The notes: generated by a model from the letters alone, not told the origin. 53,143 nt of DNA from a virus (IMGVR_UViG_3300031660_000005:1-53143), one strand, 5' to 3'. Positions 36,090 to 44,550 are shown, counted from the stretch's first letter. Numbers and translations: made by a program.

Positions 36090-36361
36090 AACGCTACCTC
36101 AACCTGTTGCTCGTTGTTGTAATGAATGTGTAACTTTACATAACCGTCACGTTTGAGGATATGGCGGTCAAGTATCGACATTACACTACCGTTGTATAGT
36201 GAGGTGGTGTCAGTGATTACGACGTCATGCCCTGCTACATAATCATATACTGCTTCGGACTGTGATAGATAGGAACGACGCCGTGGCTTTACAGATAACG
36301 ATTTGCTGTTGAACGTATCTTGTAAGCTAGCCAGTGATGTCCAGTTGTTAATCAGCTTCAT
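36086..36361 (-). CDS. Hypothetical early protein
   Basis: ATG 36361 after GGAGG; the longer track start runs into the repeat region. Confidence 0.65.
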   Translation of the reverse strand: MKLINNWTSLASLQDTFNSKSLSVKPRRRSYLSQSEAVYDYVAGHDVVITDTTSLYNGSVMSILDRHILKRDGYVKLHIHYNNEQQVEVAL

Positions 36362-36422
36362 AGGATTTCCTCCGCTGGGGTTAAGTTTTCGATCCAAGGC
36401 TGGTTGGCCTCGGCGATCAAGG

Positions 36423-36458
36423 TTCTTACACATCACCGAAAAAGTGTCAAGTTTCGCC
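36423..36458 (-). promoter_or_regulatory. Putative early promoter/operator (GGCGAAACTTGACA)
   Basis: TTGACA-16 nt-TAAGAA on the - strand; 13/14 identical to 37752-37765. Confidence 0.5.
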
Positions 36459-36481
36459 CCCTTCAAGTCAAGAGCATAGCA

Positions 36482-36849
36482 ACTATCTAACTCTGGAAGT
36501 ATTTTAGGTAACAAATAGAGACCAATAGATAGTAAAATAGATAGTATAAGTGCCTGATATTAATACGTTTAGTGATCAACTATCTAACTATCTGTGGATT
36601 TAGAAGTAATGTGACCTGCTAAGAGCTTTATATACACACGTTATGCAAAATTTTATATTCCCCAATAAGTCCTCGTCAGGGGAAGGGTATGCGTATTATA
36701 CACAGATAGTTTAGATAGTTAGATAGTTAAAGTGTATAGTTTATATGAATACGTATGGTTTACAGGTGTTTAGCGTGTGTAAGGTGTAAAGTTATACTAT
36801 CTAAAAACCACCCTATAGCGTAGATAGTTTAGATAGTTGGACAGATAGT
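36482..36849. repeat. Iteron-like AGATAGT array, candidate replication origin
   Basis: 12 copies in AT-rich non-coding DNA: forward at 36527, 36539, 36704, 36713, 36721, 36822, 36831, 36843; reverse at 36482, 36579, 36587, 36796. Confidence 0.8.
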
Positions 36850-36980
36850 TGTTTAATACCAACAGGTTACAGTATCTTGGCTATATACCCCTATAGGTTT
36901 CTATATACGCGACTATGGGGAATGTTGCACTCTATAAACCCCCGACGAATGGTATATATACTAAAGAAACTATACACTAG

Positions 36981-37016
36981 ACAAAGAAATACCCTGCCAG
37001 ATTACTCCAGCAGGGT
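36981..37016 (-). terminator. Rho-independent terminator
   Basis: ACCCTGCTGGA-GTAA-TCTGGCAGGGT followed by ATTTCTTTGT on the - strand, just past the 37023 stop. Confidence 0.8.
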
Positions 37017-37022
37017 TAGTTG

Positions 37023-37139
37023 TTATGGCGTGAATACCCAGATTGCGTAGAATATTGTGAGTATGCAGGCTATCTGGATCACATTGCTAATTGTTTCGCG
37101 AATGAGTCCCTTGCGTGCCGCTCTTTCATGTCTACGCAT
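37023..37139 (-). CDS. 38 aa membrane peptide (not in ORF track)
   Basis: MRRHERAARKGLIRETISNVIQIACILTIFYAIWVFTP; GAGG RBS; followed by a terminator. Confidence 0.65.
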   Translation of the reverse strand: MRRHERAARKGLIRETISNVIQIACILTIFYAIWVFTP

Positions 37140-37287
37140 TATCGACCTCAATAGTTACAGTGTTGTCTAAGGGTATAATGCGGTCCGCATCTTTATAGGC
37201 GCTTTGAGCTTCAAAAGCTGAGTAGTAACCTTTCCACTCGCGGACAACCTTATCTTCTTTGTAGAAGACTAGTTTGAATTTAGTCAT
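37132..37287 (-). CDS. Hypothetical 51 aa protein (not in ORF track)
   Basis: MTKFKLVFYKEDKVVREWKGYYSAFEAQSAYKDADRIIPLDNTVTIEVDNA; AGAGGT RBS. Confidence 0.7.
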   Translation of the reverse strand: MTKFKLVFYKEDKVVREWKGYYSAFEAQSAYKDADRIIPLDNTVTIEVDNA

Positions 37288-37312
37288 GTGTGTTACCTCT
37301 TTGTTGGGTTGA

Positions 37313-37336
37313 GTAGGGCGACTTGCGCCGCCCTAC
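37313..37336 (-). promoter_or_regulatory. GNRA-loop hairpin between early genes
   Basis: GTAGGGCGGC-GCAA-GTCGCCCTAC with no U-tract. Confidence 0.65.
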
Positions 37337-37344
37337 CTTAGTGA

Positions 37345-37626
37345 TTAAAACTTGAACATCGGTTTCGCTGGAGCCTTAGGTGCAGACTTCTCCGCCTCGC
37401 TAACTTTAGCGACTGAGAGCTTGCCGAACCGATAACCGAAGGCGAGAGAGTAACCTTCGTCGAGAGCGCCAGCCTTTTGTGATGCAGAAACAAACTGCAC
37501 TTCAAAAGCCGCCTTAGCTTCCTGCGCCTTCTTGTTGGCTTCACGATAAGCGTCGAGACGCTTAGTGAGTGCAGGGGCAAATGAGGACTCGTCAACTTGA
37601 ATCCAAGTAAGTGGTGATTTAGCCAT
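37345..37626 (-). CDS. First early-arm gene, hypothetical Ala/Lys-rich protein
   Basis: 93 aa, AAAGGA RBS, FGYRFGKLSVA motif. Confidence 0.8.
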   Translation of the reverse strand: MAKSPLTWIQVDESSFAPALTKRLDAYREANKKAQEAKAAFEVQFVSASQKAGALDEGYSLAFGYRFGKLSVAKVSEAEKSAPKAPAKPMFKF

Positions 37627-37751
37627 GGCTAAAATCCTTTCGATATAGGGGCATAAAGCCTATGCTTTCAAATACCGACCCTTTATGCTTAGGATCGTCC
37701 CGCTGGGCTGTTGCCGTTTGGTGCAATCTTTAAAGCATTTTACCTTAGAAA

Positions 37752-37765
37752 TGTAAAGTTTCGCC
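37752..37765 (-). promoter_or_regulatory. Putative early promoter/operator (GGCGAAACTTTACA)
   Basis: Near-copy of 36445-36458, upstream of the first early gene; no clear -10 box. Confidence 0.45.
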
Positions 37766-37917
37766 TGTAATCACTATATAAACAAGGGTATTGATTTTTT
37801 GCAATGCTTAGCCCCTTGGGTATCCGCGAGCGGGTAGGGGGGGTACATGGACTACGGAAATTCTATGCCCCCCTTATTATAGTAAACCGCTCACAGCACG
37901 ACCTCAAAAAAGGAACG

Positions 37918-37935
37918 TGTAAAGTTTGTCAACTT
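37918..37935. promoter_or_regulatory. Operator-like 18-mer TGTAAAGTTTGTCAACTT
   Basis: 16/18 match to the 26961 and 30785 copies; ends 16 bp before the terS -35 box. Confidence 0.55.
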
Positions 37936-37951
37936 AGTATACTAAAACGTC

Positions 37952-37980
37952 TTGCTGATTCCGTAGTATGCAACTATACT
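37952..37980 (+). promoter_or_regulatory. Sigma70-like promoter for the terminase operon
   Basis: TTGCTG-17 nt-TATACT, 22 nt upstream of ATG 38003. Confidence 0.6.
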
Positions 37981-38002
37981 CGGCGCAAACAGGGGTGCCA
38001 GA

Positions 38003-38473
38003 ATGGATAACCTTCCACTATTTCATACCAAGTGGTCAGACCGCTTAGCCTTCGATATAGCTTTAATGCTTGAGGGGAGCGGCGAAACGCTTGATGAAGT
38101 AAAACAGCGACACAAAATAACAGGTCAGGACATATCCGAGTACAACGGAGACCCGATCTTTTTAAAGCGCGTGGCTGCATACAGGGAAGATATAACTGAA
38201 AAAGGGCTTACATTTAAGCTGAAGGCCCGTGCGCAGGCTGAGGAATTGTTAACAACTTCATGGACGCTTATCCATAATCCTGATGTATCTGCTGCGGTGA
38301 AGGCGGACCTTATCAAGTCTACTGTAAAGTGGGCGGGTCTTGAGACTAAGGGCGACGATTCGGATTCAAGTTCGGCAGGCGGCGTCAAGATAACTATAAA
38401 CTTAGCTGGCCAAGAGAAGGCTATGACAGTTGAGCATGAGGTAGAGGAAGCTCAAATTTCTGATGTTGGGTAG
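38003..38473 (+). CDS. terS: Terminase small subunit (putative)
   Basis: 156 aa helical protein upstream of terL; GGVKITINL C-terminal strand. Confidence 0.7.
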   Translation: MDNLPLFHTKWSDRLAFDIALMLEGSGETLDEVKQRHKITGQDISEYNGDPIFLKRVAAYREDITEKGLTFKLKARAQAEELLTTSWTLIHNPDVSAAVKADLIKSTVKWAGLETKGDDSDSSSAGGVKITINLAGQEKAMTVEHEVEEAQISDVG

Positions 38474-38672
38474 GTTTGACGGGAAGTACAAAGGATTTCC
38501 TGCGGCTAGATTTTCTGACACTGAGGGATATAATGCGTATAGACTTTTGCTTATTCGCGCAGGGTACTCGTTTAAGACTGCGATTATTGCGCCTAAGAAA
38601 AATCGCAGGGAGAGGGAGATTATTATAATGTTACTTGATACTAAGCCTCCGGAGGCTACCGATGGCACTTGA
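38463..38672 (+). CDS. Hypothetical protein
   Basis: 69 aa bridging terS and terL with short overlaps. Confidence 0.65.
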   Translation: MLGRFDGKYKGFPAARFSDTEGYNAYRLLLIRAGYSFKTAIIAPKKNRREREIIIMLLDTKPPEATDGT

Positions 38673-40047
38673 TATTAGCTACACACCCCCGCCAACTGGT
38701 GAGAGTTTTATGAACTCGGACAACAAGATGAGGGTACTTATGGGACCGGTTGGTTCCGGTAAGTCCGTGGCATGTTCATTTGAAATTATCCGAAGAGCGT
38801 CAATGCAGAAACCTGACGCATCCGGTAAGCGTAGAACACGGGCGGCTGTAGTTCGTGAGACGGCTCGGCAGTTACAGGATACAGTAATCAAGACATTTCT
38901 GGACTGGTTCCCGCCGGGTGTGTGCGGACGTTACATGCGTACAACTAAGACATACTTCTTTGAGGTAGGTGATGTTGAGTGTGAGATAATGTTTCGTGCG
39001 CTTGATGATGCAGACGATGTAGCTAACCTTAACTCGCTTGAGCTTTCGTTCGCGTGGTTCAACGAGTGCCGTGACATACACCCAGAAATTGTGGATGCGA
39101 TGTCTAAGCGTATTGGGCGTTTTCCTAGCTCCAAAGATGGAGGCCCAACGTGGTATGGTATGTGGGGTGATACGAACCCACCGACTATGGATACGTGGTG
39201 GTACTACCAGATGGAAAAGATTGACCCTAAGGATGGGGTGGGCCACAACGATAACGGTTGGGATGTGTTTAAGCAGCCCAGTGGTCGCAGTACGTTTGCT
39301 GAGAATGTAGAGAACTTACCTGAAGAATATTACGATACGCAGGGTCGTAGCGAAGAGTATATCCGTGTGTTTATAGACGGCGACTATGGCCTGAGTTCCG
39401 CAGGTCAGCCTATCTATAAGTATTTTAGGCCAGATTACCACATGGGTAAGACTACATTGCGCCCGATCAATAACGGCGTTCGTCCTATAGTCGTGGGTAT
39501 GGACTTAGGTCTTACACCTGCTGCTGTTATAGGGCAACAAGACCCCCGTGGTCGCGTTCTTGTGTACGATGAGGCTGTTAGTTTTGACATGGGCGTACAA
39601 AGATTCGTCCGAACAGTACTAAAACCCCTGCTTTACGAGCGTTTTTCTGGTATTCCTGTGATAGTTGTGGTCGATCCAGCCGGTATTCAACGCGCTCAGA
39701 CCGACGAACGCAGCGCTGTAGACATCATAAAAGCAGAGGGATTGCGCGTTATTGCGGCTAAAACTAACAATGTTAGTGCCAGACTTAGCTCAGTTGACGA
39801 CTTTCTTATGCGTCAGGTGGACGGTGATAGCGCGTTTCTAGTAGACCCTAGGTGTTCACAACTTAAAGCAGCGATGATGGGCGGGTATAGGTTCCATAAG
39901 AAGAACGGAACTATAGATAAGAACAAACACAGCCACGTTGCCGAAGCCTTACAATATTTTATGCTGCATGTAGGCTCTGCGTCTGATGGTGAGTTGCTTG
40001 CTCGTCGTAGAGATGTAAAGTCTGTGTCAGCAGCTGGCTGGACTTGA
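38662..40047 (+). CDS. terL: Terminase large subunit
   Basis: GPVGSGKS Walker A, AWFNE Walker B variant, DTNPP, GMDLG nuclease motif, SHVAEALQY; ATG 38662 after GGAGG. Confidence 0.93.
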   Translation: MALDISYTPPPTGESFMNSDNKMRVLMGPVGSGKSVACSFEIIRRASMQKPDASGKRRTRAAVVRETARQLQDTVIKTFLDWFPPGVCGRYMRTTKTYFFEVGDVECEIMFRALDDADDVANLNSLELSFAWFNECRDIHPEIVDAMSKRIGRFPSSKDGGPTWYGMWGDTNPPTMDTWWYYQMEKIDPKDGVGHNDNGWDVFKQPSGRSTFAENVENLPEEYYDTQGRSEEYIRVFIDGDYGLSSAGQPIYKYFRPDYHMGKTTLRPINNGVRPIVVGMDLGLTPAAVIGQQDPRGRVLVYDEAVSFDMGVQRFVRTVLKPLLYERFSGIPVIVVVDPAGIQRAQTDERSAVDIIKAEGLRVIAAKTNNVSARLSSVDDFLMRQVDGDSAFLVDPRCSQLKAAMMGGYRFHKKNGTIDKNKHSHVAEALQYFMLHVGSASDGELLARRRDVKSVSAAGWT

Positions 40048-40128
40048 CACCAGTTGAAACAACATGGTACGTTAATAGCGTGTTACTACGCAAGCTTCTC
40101 CCAGCTTGCCCCTTCCACTCGACTACTC

Positions 40129-40167
40129 CCCCGCTAGTTGTCCTCCTTCTAGCGGGGTTTTTCTTTT
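40129..40167 (+). terminator. Rho-independent terminator after terL
   Basis: CCCCGCTAG..CTAGCGGGG followed by TTTTTCTTTT. Confidence 0.85.
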
Positions 40168-40169
40168 GC

Positions 40170-40198
40170 TTGCACGAAAACTTGACTGCGTGTATAAC
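40170..40198 (+). promoter_or_regulatory. Sigma70-like promoter for the portal/capsid operon
   Basis: TTGCAC-17 nt-TATAAC; the spacer contains AACTTGACT, an operator-like half-site. Confidence 0.6.
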
Positions 40199-40229
40199 GA
40201 TAAACATATTGGTAGAAGGAGTATGAACG

Positions 40230-40292
40230 ATGCCAAAAAATAAACCTATGGGTTACGGTAAACCAACCAAGAAAATCAAGACTGGTAAATAG
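40230..40292 (+). CDS. 20 aa Lys-rich peptide (not in ORF track)
   Basis: AAGGAG RBS 8 nt upstream; MPKNKPMGYGKPTKKIKTGK; stops 3 nt before the portal ATG. Confidence 0.6.
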   Translation: MPKNKPMGYGKPTKKIKTGK

Positions 40293-40295
40293 TAT

Positions 40296-42338
40296 ATGGC
40301 AGGGCTTTCTATGTTACGTGTCATCAGCAATGATGATATGGTTAAAGCTGAACAAGATCAGGTTCGTCGTGATATGGAGGAACGCCAGCAAAGCGAGCTA
40401 GTACTGGGACTATTGTCCTATGTCAAATCTTGCTGGAATCCTGCGCGTATTGCTAAAAAACCTATCGAAAACATAATGCTTCGTGCGCTTCGCCAGCGTA
40501 ACGGCGAGTACGAAGCAGACAAGTTAGGCCAGATAAAGTCTCAAGGCGGCTCTCAGGTCTACATGATGATTACCGAAGTAAAGTGTCGCGGGGCTGAAAG
40601 CTGGCTACGCGACATCTTACTGGATACAGGTACTCCCCCTTGGGATTTAAAGCCCACCCCTATTCCAGACTTAGCGCCCGATCAGATGGAAGAAATTAAA
40701 AATCTTTTTGCGCAAAAAGTTATAGCGGATATGCAGGCTAAGGGTGTTGCGCCCACCGTCGAAGAGATGGCCGAGCTTGAAGAAATTGTAAGCCAAGACT
40801 TTAGGTTTGCCGTATTACAAGAAGCTCAGAACCGCGCAGACAAGATGAAGCTAAAGATAAACGATCAGTTTGCACAAGGCGGCTGGGCTGATGCGTTCAA
40901 CGAATTTGTAACAGACATGGTTACTTACCCGTGTGCATTTGTAAAAGGCCCCGTGGTACGTAGGCAACGTATACTAGGGTATTCTAAAGCTCCTGACGGA
41001 ACTACAATAGTGGAAGGTACGGAGCGTTTAGGCCCAGAGTACGAACGTGTTAATCCTTTTAACATGTACCCTGAGCCGGGTATCACGCATATGAATGAAG
41101 GGTATGTATTCGAGCATCACCCTATGAGCCGCAGTCAGTTATCCGATCTTATAGACGTACCGGGTTATGACAGCGAAGCTATCCGTGAAGTTCTAAAATT
41201 GGGCAACGGCCAATCTTGGATCAACGAAGACACGAAATTACAAGAAGAAGAGCAAGAGCGTAAGTATTATGCTTATGAATCTCCTACAGAAAACTTTGAT
41301 GCCCTTGAGTTCTGGGGTAAAGTTAGTGGTGCAATGCTGCTTGAGTGGGGTCTTACAGATGAAGAAGTACCTGATTCCGCTAAGGAGTATGATGCAAACG
41401 TGTGGGTTGTGGGCAACTACGTCATAAAGGCCCTGCTAAACTACGATCCTTTAGGTGAAAAACCATATGTCAAAACCTCATTTATTAAAGCGCCCGGTGC
41501 GTTCTGGGGTAAAGGTATTCCAGAAATCATTGAAGACCTCCAAAATGTCTGTAACGCAGCTGCACGCTCCCTTGTTAACAATATGGGACTCGCGTCTGGG
41601 CCTCAAGTTGAAGTTAACCTTGAGCGCATCCCTCCTAACGAAGACATTACGCAACTCCATCCTTGGAAGATTTGGCAGGTAACTAACGATCCATTAGGGT
41701 CAAGCGCTCCTGCTGTTAGGTTTTCTCAGCCTGACTCTCGTGCTAACGAGTTGATGGGTGTGTATGACAGGTTCAGCAAACTAGCTGACGACCACTCTGG
41801 TATCCCTTCGTACGTTACTGGGGATTTAAATGTTTCCGGCGCTGGCCGTACCGCATCTGGCCTTTCCATGCTTATGGGTTCTGCCGGTAAAGGAATACGT
41901 CAGATTGTTATGTACATAGACAACGATATTGTGCGCCCTATTGTGCAGAGACAGTTTATATACAACATGCGTTACGACGAAGACGAGTCTATCAAAGGTG
42001 ACGTAGAAGTCTTAGCCCGTGGCGCTATAAACCTAGCGACTAAAGAAACTCTTAATGTTCGCCGGGTTGAGTTCCTTAATGCTACAGCCAATCCGATTGA
42101 CGTAGAGATCGTAGGTAAAGATGGCCGTGCTGCGTTACTTCGTGAAGTTGCTAAAGGGCTGCAAATGCCAGTGGATGATATTATACCGTCCAGAGAAAAG
42201 AACGCTCAGCAAGCTAAGAGCAAAGCCCAAATGGCTTCGCAACAACAAGCTCAACCTACACCTACACAACCAGATGGCGCTCCGAAAGGTGGCGCTGACG
42301 GCAATGTAGTAAGTAGCCAACCAACGGGGGCGGCATGA
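40296..42338 (+). CDS. Portal protein
   Basis: 680 aa after terL; FWGKGIPE, GRTASGLSMLM and a Q-rich tail typical of podovirus portals. Confidence 0.88.
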   Translation: MAGLSMLRVISNDDMVKAEQDQVRRDMEERQQSELVLGLLSYVKSCWNPARIAKKPIENIMLRALRQRNGEYEADKLGQIKSQGGSQVYMMITEVKCRGAESWLRDILLDTGTPPWDLKPTPIPDLAPDQMEEIKNLFAQKVIADMQAKGVAPTVEEMAELEEIVSQDFRFAVLQEAQNRADKMKLKINDQFAQGGWADAFNEFVTDMVTYPCAFVKGPVVRRQRILGYSKAPDGTTIVEGTERLGPEYERVNPFNMYPEPGITHMNEGYVFEHHPMSRSQLSDLIDVPGYDSEAIREVLKLGNGQSWINEDTKLQEEEQERKYYAYESPTENFDALEFWGKVSGAMLLEWGLTDEEVPDSAKEYDANVWVVGNYVIKALLNYDPLGEKPYVKTSFIKAPGAFWGKGIPEIIEDLQNVCNAAARSLVNNMGLASGPQVEVNLERIPPNEDITQLHPWKIWQVTNDPLGSSAPAVRFSQPDSRANELMGVYDRFSKLADDHSGIPSYVTGDLNVSGAGRTASGLSMLMGSAGKGIRQIVMYIDNDIVRPIVQRQFIYNMRYDEDESIKGDVEVLARGAINLATKETLNVRRVEFLNATANPIDVEIVGKDGRAALLREVAKGLQMPVDDIIPSREKNAQQAKSKAQMASQQQAQPTPTQPDGAPKGGADGNVVSSQPTGAA

Positions 42339-42559
42339 AACGGCCTGATCCCGAAACTATAAAAGTACTGGCGGCAGCGTCTCGCCAGCACCCCGCAATG
42401 CTAACTTGGTTCGACAGCTGGTATCAGCACGAACTGGAGCAACTGCCCAGCGTGGGTAGGGAGAACGTGGCACGTTCGCAGGGGCGGTGCCAAGTTCTTA
42501 GAGAGGTCCGAGACCTTATTGAAAAGTCCCCTGAATATGCAGCACAGTCTTCACCATGA
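42335..42559 (+). CDS. Small conserved post-portal protein
   Basis: 74 aa, ATGA overlap, RSQGRCQVL motif. Confidence 0.75.
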   Translation: MKRPDPETIKVLAAASRQHPAMLTWFDSWYQHELEQLPSVGRENVARSQGRCQVLREVRDLIEKSPEYAAQSSP

Positions 42560-42599
42560 GACAGCTGTTTAATTACGCATACCGATAGGAGCGTTTAAC

Positions 42600-43610
42600 A
42601 TGGCAATACCAGCGCAAGTTAAGAAGCAGTCTGAGGCAGTTCAGAAACTGTACGACGAACTTAATTCGGAAGACACAGAACAGGACAACTCGTCCGAGGC
42701 TGTAGTTGAAAACATTAAGCCCGTTGCAGTAGTTGAAACCGACAGTGCAGAAGAACAAGCAGCCGAGCCTACCGACAAAGAGCAAATACAGGTAGGTGAT
42801 GTGGCAGAAGAAGAAGCATTTGAGAAGCGGTATAAGTCGCTTCAAGGAATGTATAACGCTGAAGTACCACGCCTACACGCCGAAAAGCGTGAACTCGAAT
42901 CTCGTGTCTCACAACTAGAATCGCTTATGACAACCTTGGGTACACCTAACCAACCCTCGATAGCACCAGCACAGGCTTTAGTTACTGCCGCTGATGTTGA
43001 AGAGTACGGTGACTCCATTGATGTAATGCGCAGAGTTAGTCGTGAAGAAGTTGTTCAACAACAGACACGTATTGACGAGTTAGAAAACCTTGTAAGGGGT
43101 ATGCAGACCAGCGTAGTGCCGCAAGTGCAGCAACTACAGCATAGGCAAGCAGTTACCACGGAACAAGTATTTTGGGCTGATATTCAGAGCGCAGTACCTG
43201 ACTGGCAAGACGTTAATGTAGACCCTGAGTTTCAATCTTGGTTACTTGACGTTGACCCGCTTACAGGTATTAGCCGACAAACGTATCTTGACGACGCACA
43301 GCGTAATTTAGATGCACGTCGCGTGACAAACTTCTTCGCTACATGGAAGGCGCAAACTGGCCAGTCTGTTGCTCAACCCAGTCGGAAAGCCGATGCTGCT
43401 TCCCAGCTTGAGAAACAAGTAGCCCCCGGACGAGGACGTTCAGGTGCTGTTCAAGGCTCAGGTGAACCAAAAACTTACAACTCTAACGACATTAAAAAGT
43501 TTTTTTCTGATGTACAGAAGGGTAAGTTTAAAGGGAAGGAACAAGAGCGTGACCGAAAAGAACGTGACATTTTCGCCGCACAGCGAGAAGGTCGCATTGT
43601 CAGTGCATAA
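42600..43610 (+). CDS. Scaffolding protein (putative)
   Basis: Acidic N-terminus, coiled coil, C-terminal AAQREGRI, directly before the capsid gene. Confidence 0.75.
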   Translation: MAIPAQVKKQSEAVQKLYDELNSEDTEQDNSSEAVVENIKPVAVVETDSAEEQAAEPTDKEQIQVGDVAEEEAFEKRYKSLQGMYNAEVPRLHAEKRELESRVSQLESLMTTLGTPNQPSIAPAQALVTAADVEEYGDSIDVMRRVSREEVVQQQTRIDELENLVRGMQTSVVPQVQQLQHRQAVTTEQVFWADIQSAVPDWQDVNVDPEFQSWLLDVDPLTGISRQTYLDDAQRNLDARRVTNFFATWKAQTGQSVAQPSRKADAASQLEKQVAPGRGRSGAVQGSGEPKTYNSNDIKKFFSDVQKGKFKGKEQERDRKERDIFAAQREGRIVSA

Positions 43611-43629
43611 TTAAACATAGGAGCCTAAC

Positions 43630-44535
43630 ATGGCATTTCCAGTATCCCCCGGTGGCCCGCAGTATTCGGGCAACTTCATCCCTGAAATTTGGTCAGGTAA
43701 ACTAATTGAGAATTTCTACGATGCTACGGTATTGGCAGCAATCTCAAACACTGTGTACGAAGGTGAAATTCGTAACATGGGCGACACGGTTAATATCCGT
43801 ACTACCCCAGAGATCACCATTCGTGATTACGTTAAGGGCCAAACTCTTTCAGTAGAGAACCCTGACAAAGCTAAGTTGCAGCTTCTAATTGACAAAGGCG
43901 AGTATTTTGCCTGTGTTGAAGACGATGTTGACAGCATCCAATCTGACATAAACCTGATGGACACATGGTCTAAAGACGCTTCCGAGCGTATGAAGATTAA
44001 AATTGACCAGCGTGTACTCTCTGATATTCTTCCAGACATTTCTGCTTCTAACAAAGGTGCAGCTGCTGGTCGTATTTCAGGCGATATTGACTTGGGTACA
44101 CAAGGCGCTCCTGAAGCTCTTACCAAAGATAATGTTATCGACTTGATCGTAAACATGGGTACAGTGCTAGACGAAGCTAACAGCCCAGAGTCAGACCGTT
44201 ATCTTGTTATTCCAGCTAAGATGGCTGGCTTAATCAAGCGTTCAGACCTTAAAGATGCGTCTATTACTGGTGACTCTACGTCGCCTCTGCGTAATGGCCG
44301 TTTGGGTATGATCGACCGGTTTACAGTATACATGAGCCATAACATCAAAAACACTGGTGGTAAGTTCGATGTTATTGCTGGTCACAAAATGGGGTTCACC
44401 TTTGCATCACAGATGACAGAGATGGAAACTATTCGCTCCGAGTCTACATTCGGAAACATTGTTCGCGGTTTACAGGTATATGGTTACAAGGTTGTTAAGC
44501 CTGAAGCTATCTGTCAAGCCGTCGTAACGCTTTAA
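43630..44535 (+). CDS. Major capsid protein
   Basis: NFIPEIWSGKL, YEGEI..GDTVNI, NGRLG and VRGLQVYGYKVVKPE motifs. Confidence 0.9.
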   Translation: MAFPVSPGGPQYSGNFIPEIWSGKLIENFYDATVLAAISNTVYEGEIRNMGDTVNIRTTPEITIRDYVKGQTLSVENPDKAKLQLLIDKGEYFACVEDDVDSIQSDINLMDTWSKDASERMKIKIDQRVLSDILPDISASNKGAAAGRISGDIDLGTQGAPEALTKDNVIDLIVNMGTVLDEANSPESDRYLVIPAKMAGLIKRSDLKDASITGDSTSPLRNGRLGMIDRFTVYMSHNIKNTGGKFDVIAGHKMGFTFASQMTEMETIRSESTFGNIVRGLQVYGYKVVKPEAICQAVVTL

Positions 44536-44550
44536 TAGGAGGTCTGAATA

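Noticed and set aside
36362-36514. N-terminal extension of ORF 36086..36514
   Set aside because: It runs through promoter and repeat DNA; ATG 36361 has a GGAGG RBS.
36482-36849. CRISPR or mini-CRISPR array
   Set aside because: The repeats are only 7-9 bp, in mixed orientation and irregularly spaced, with no spacer-sized periodicity.
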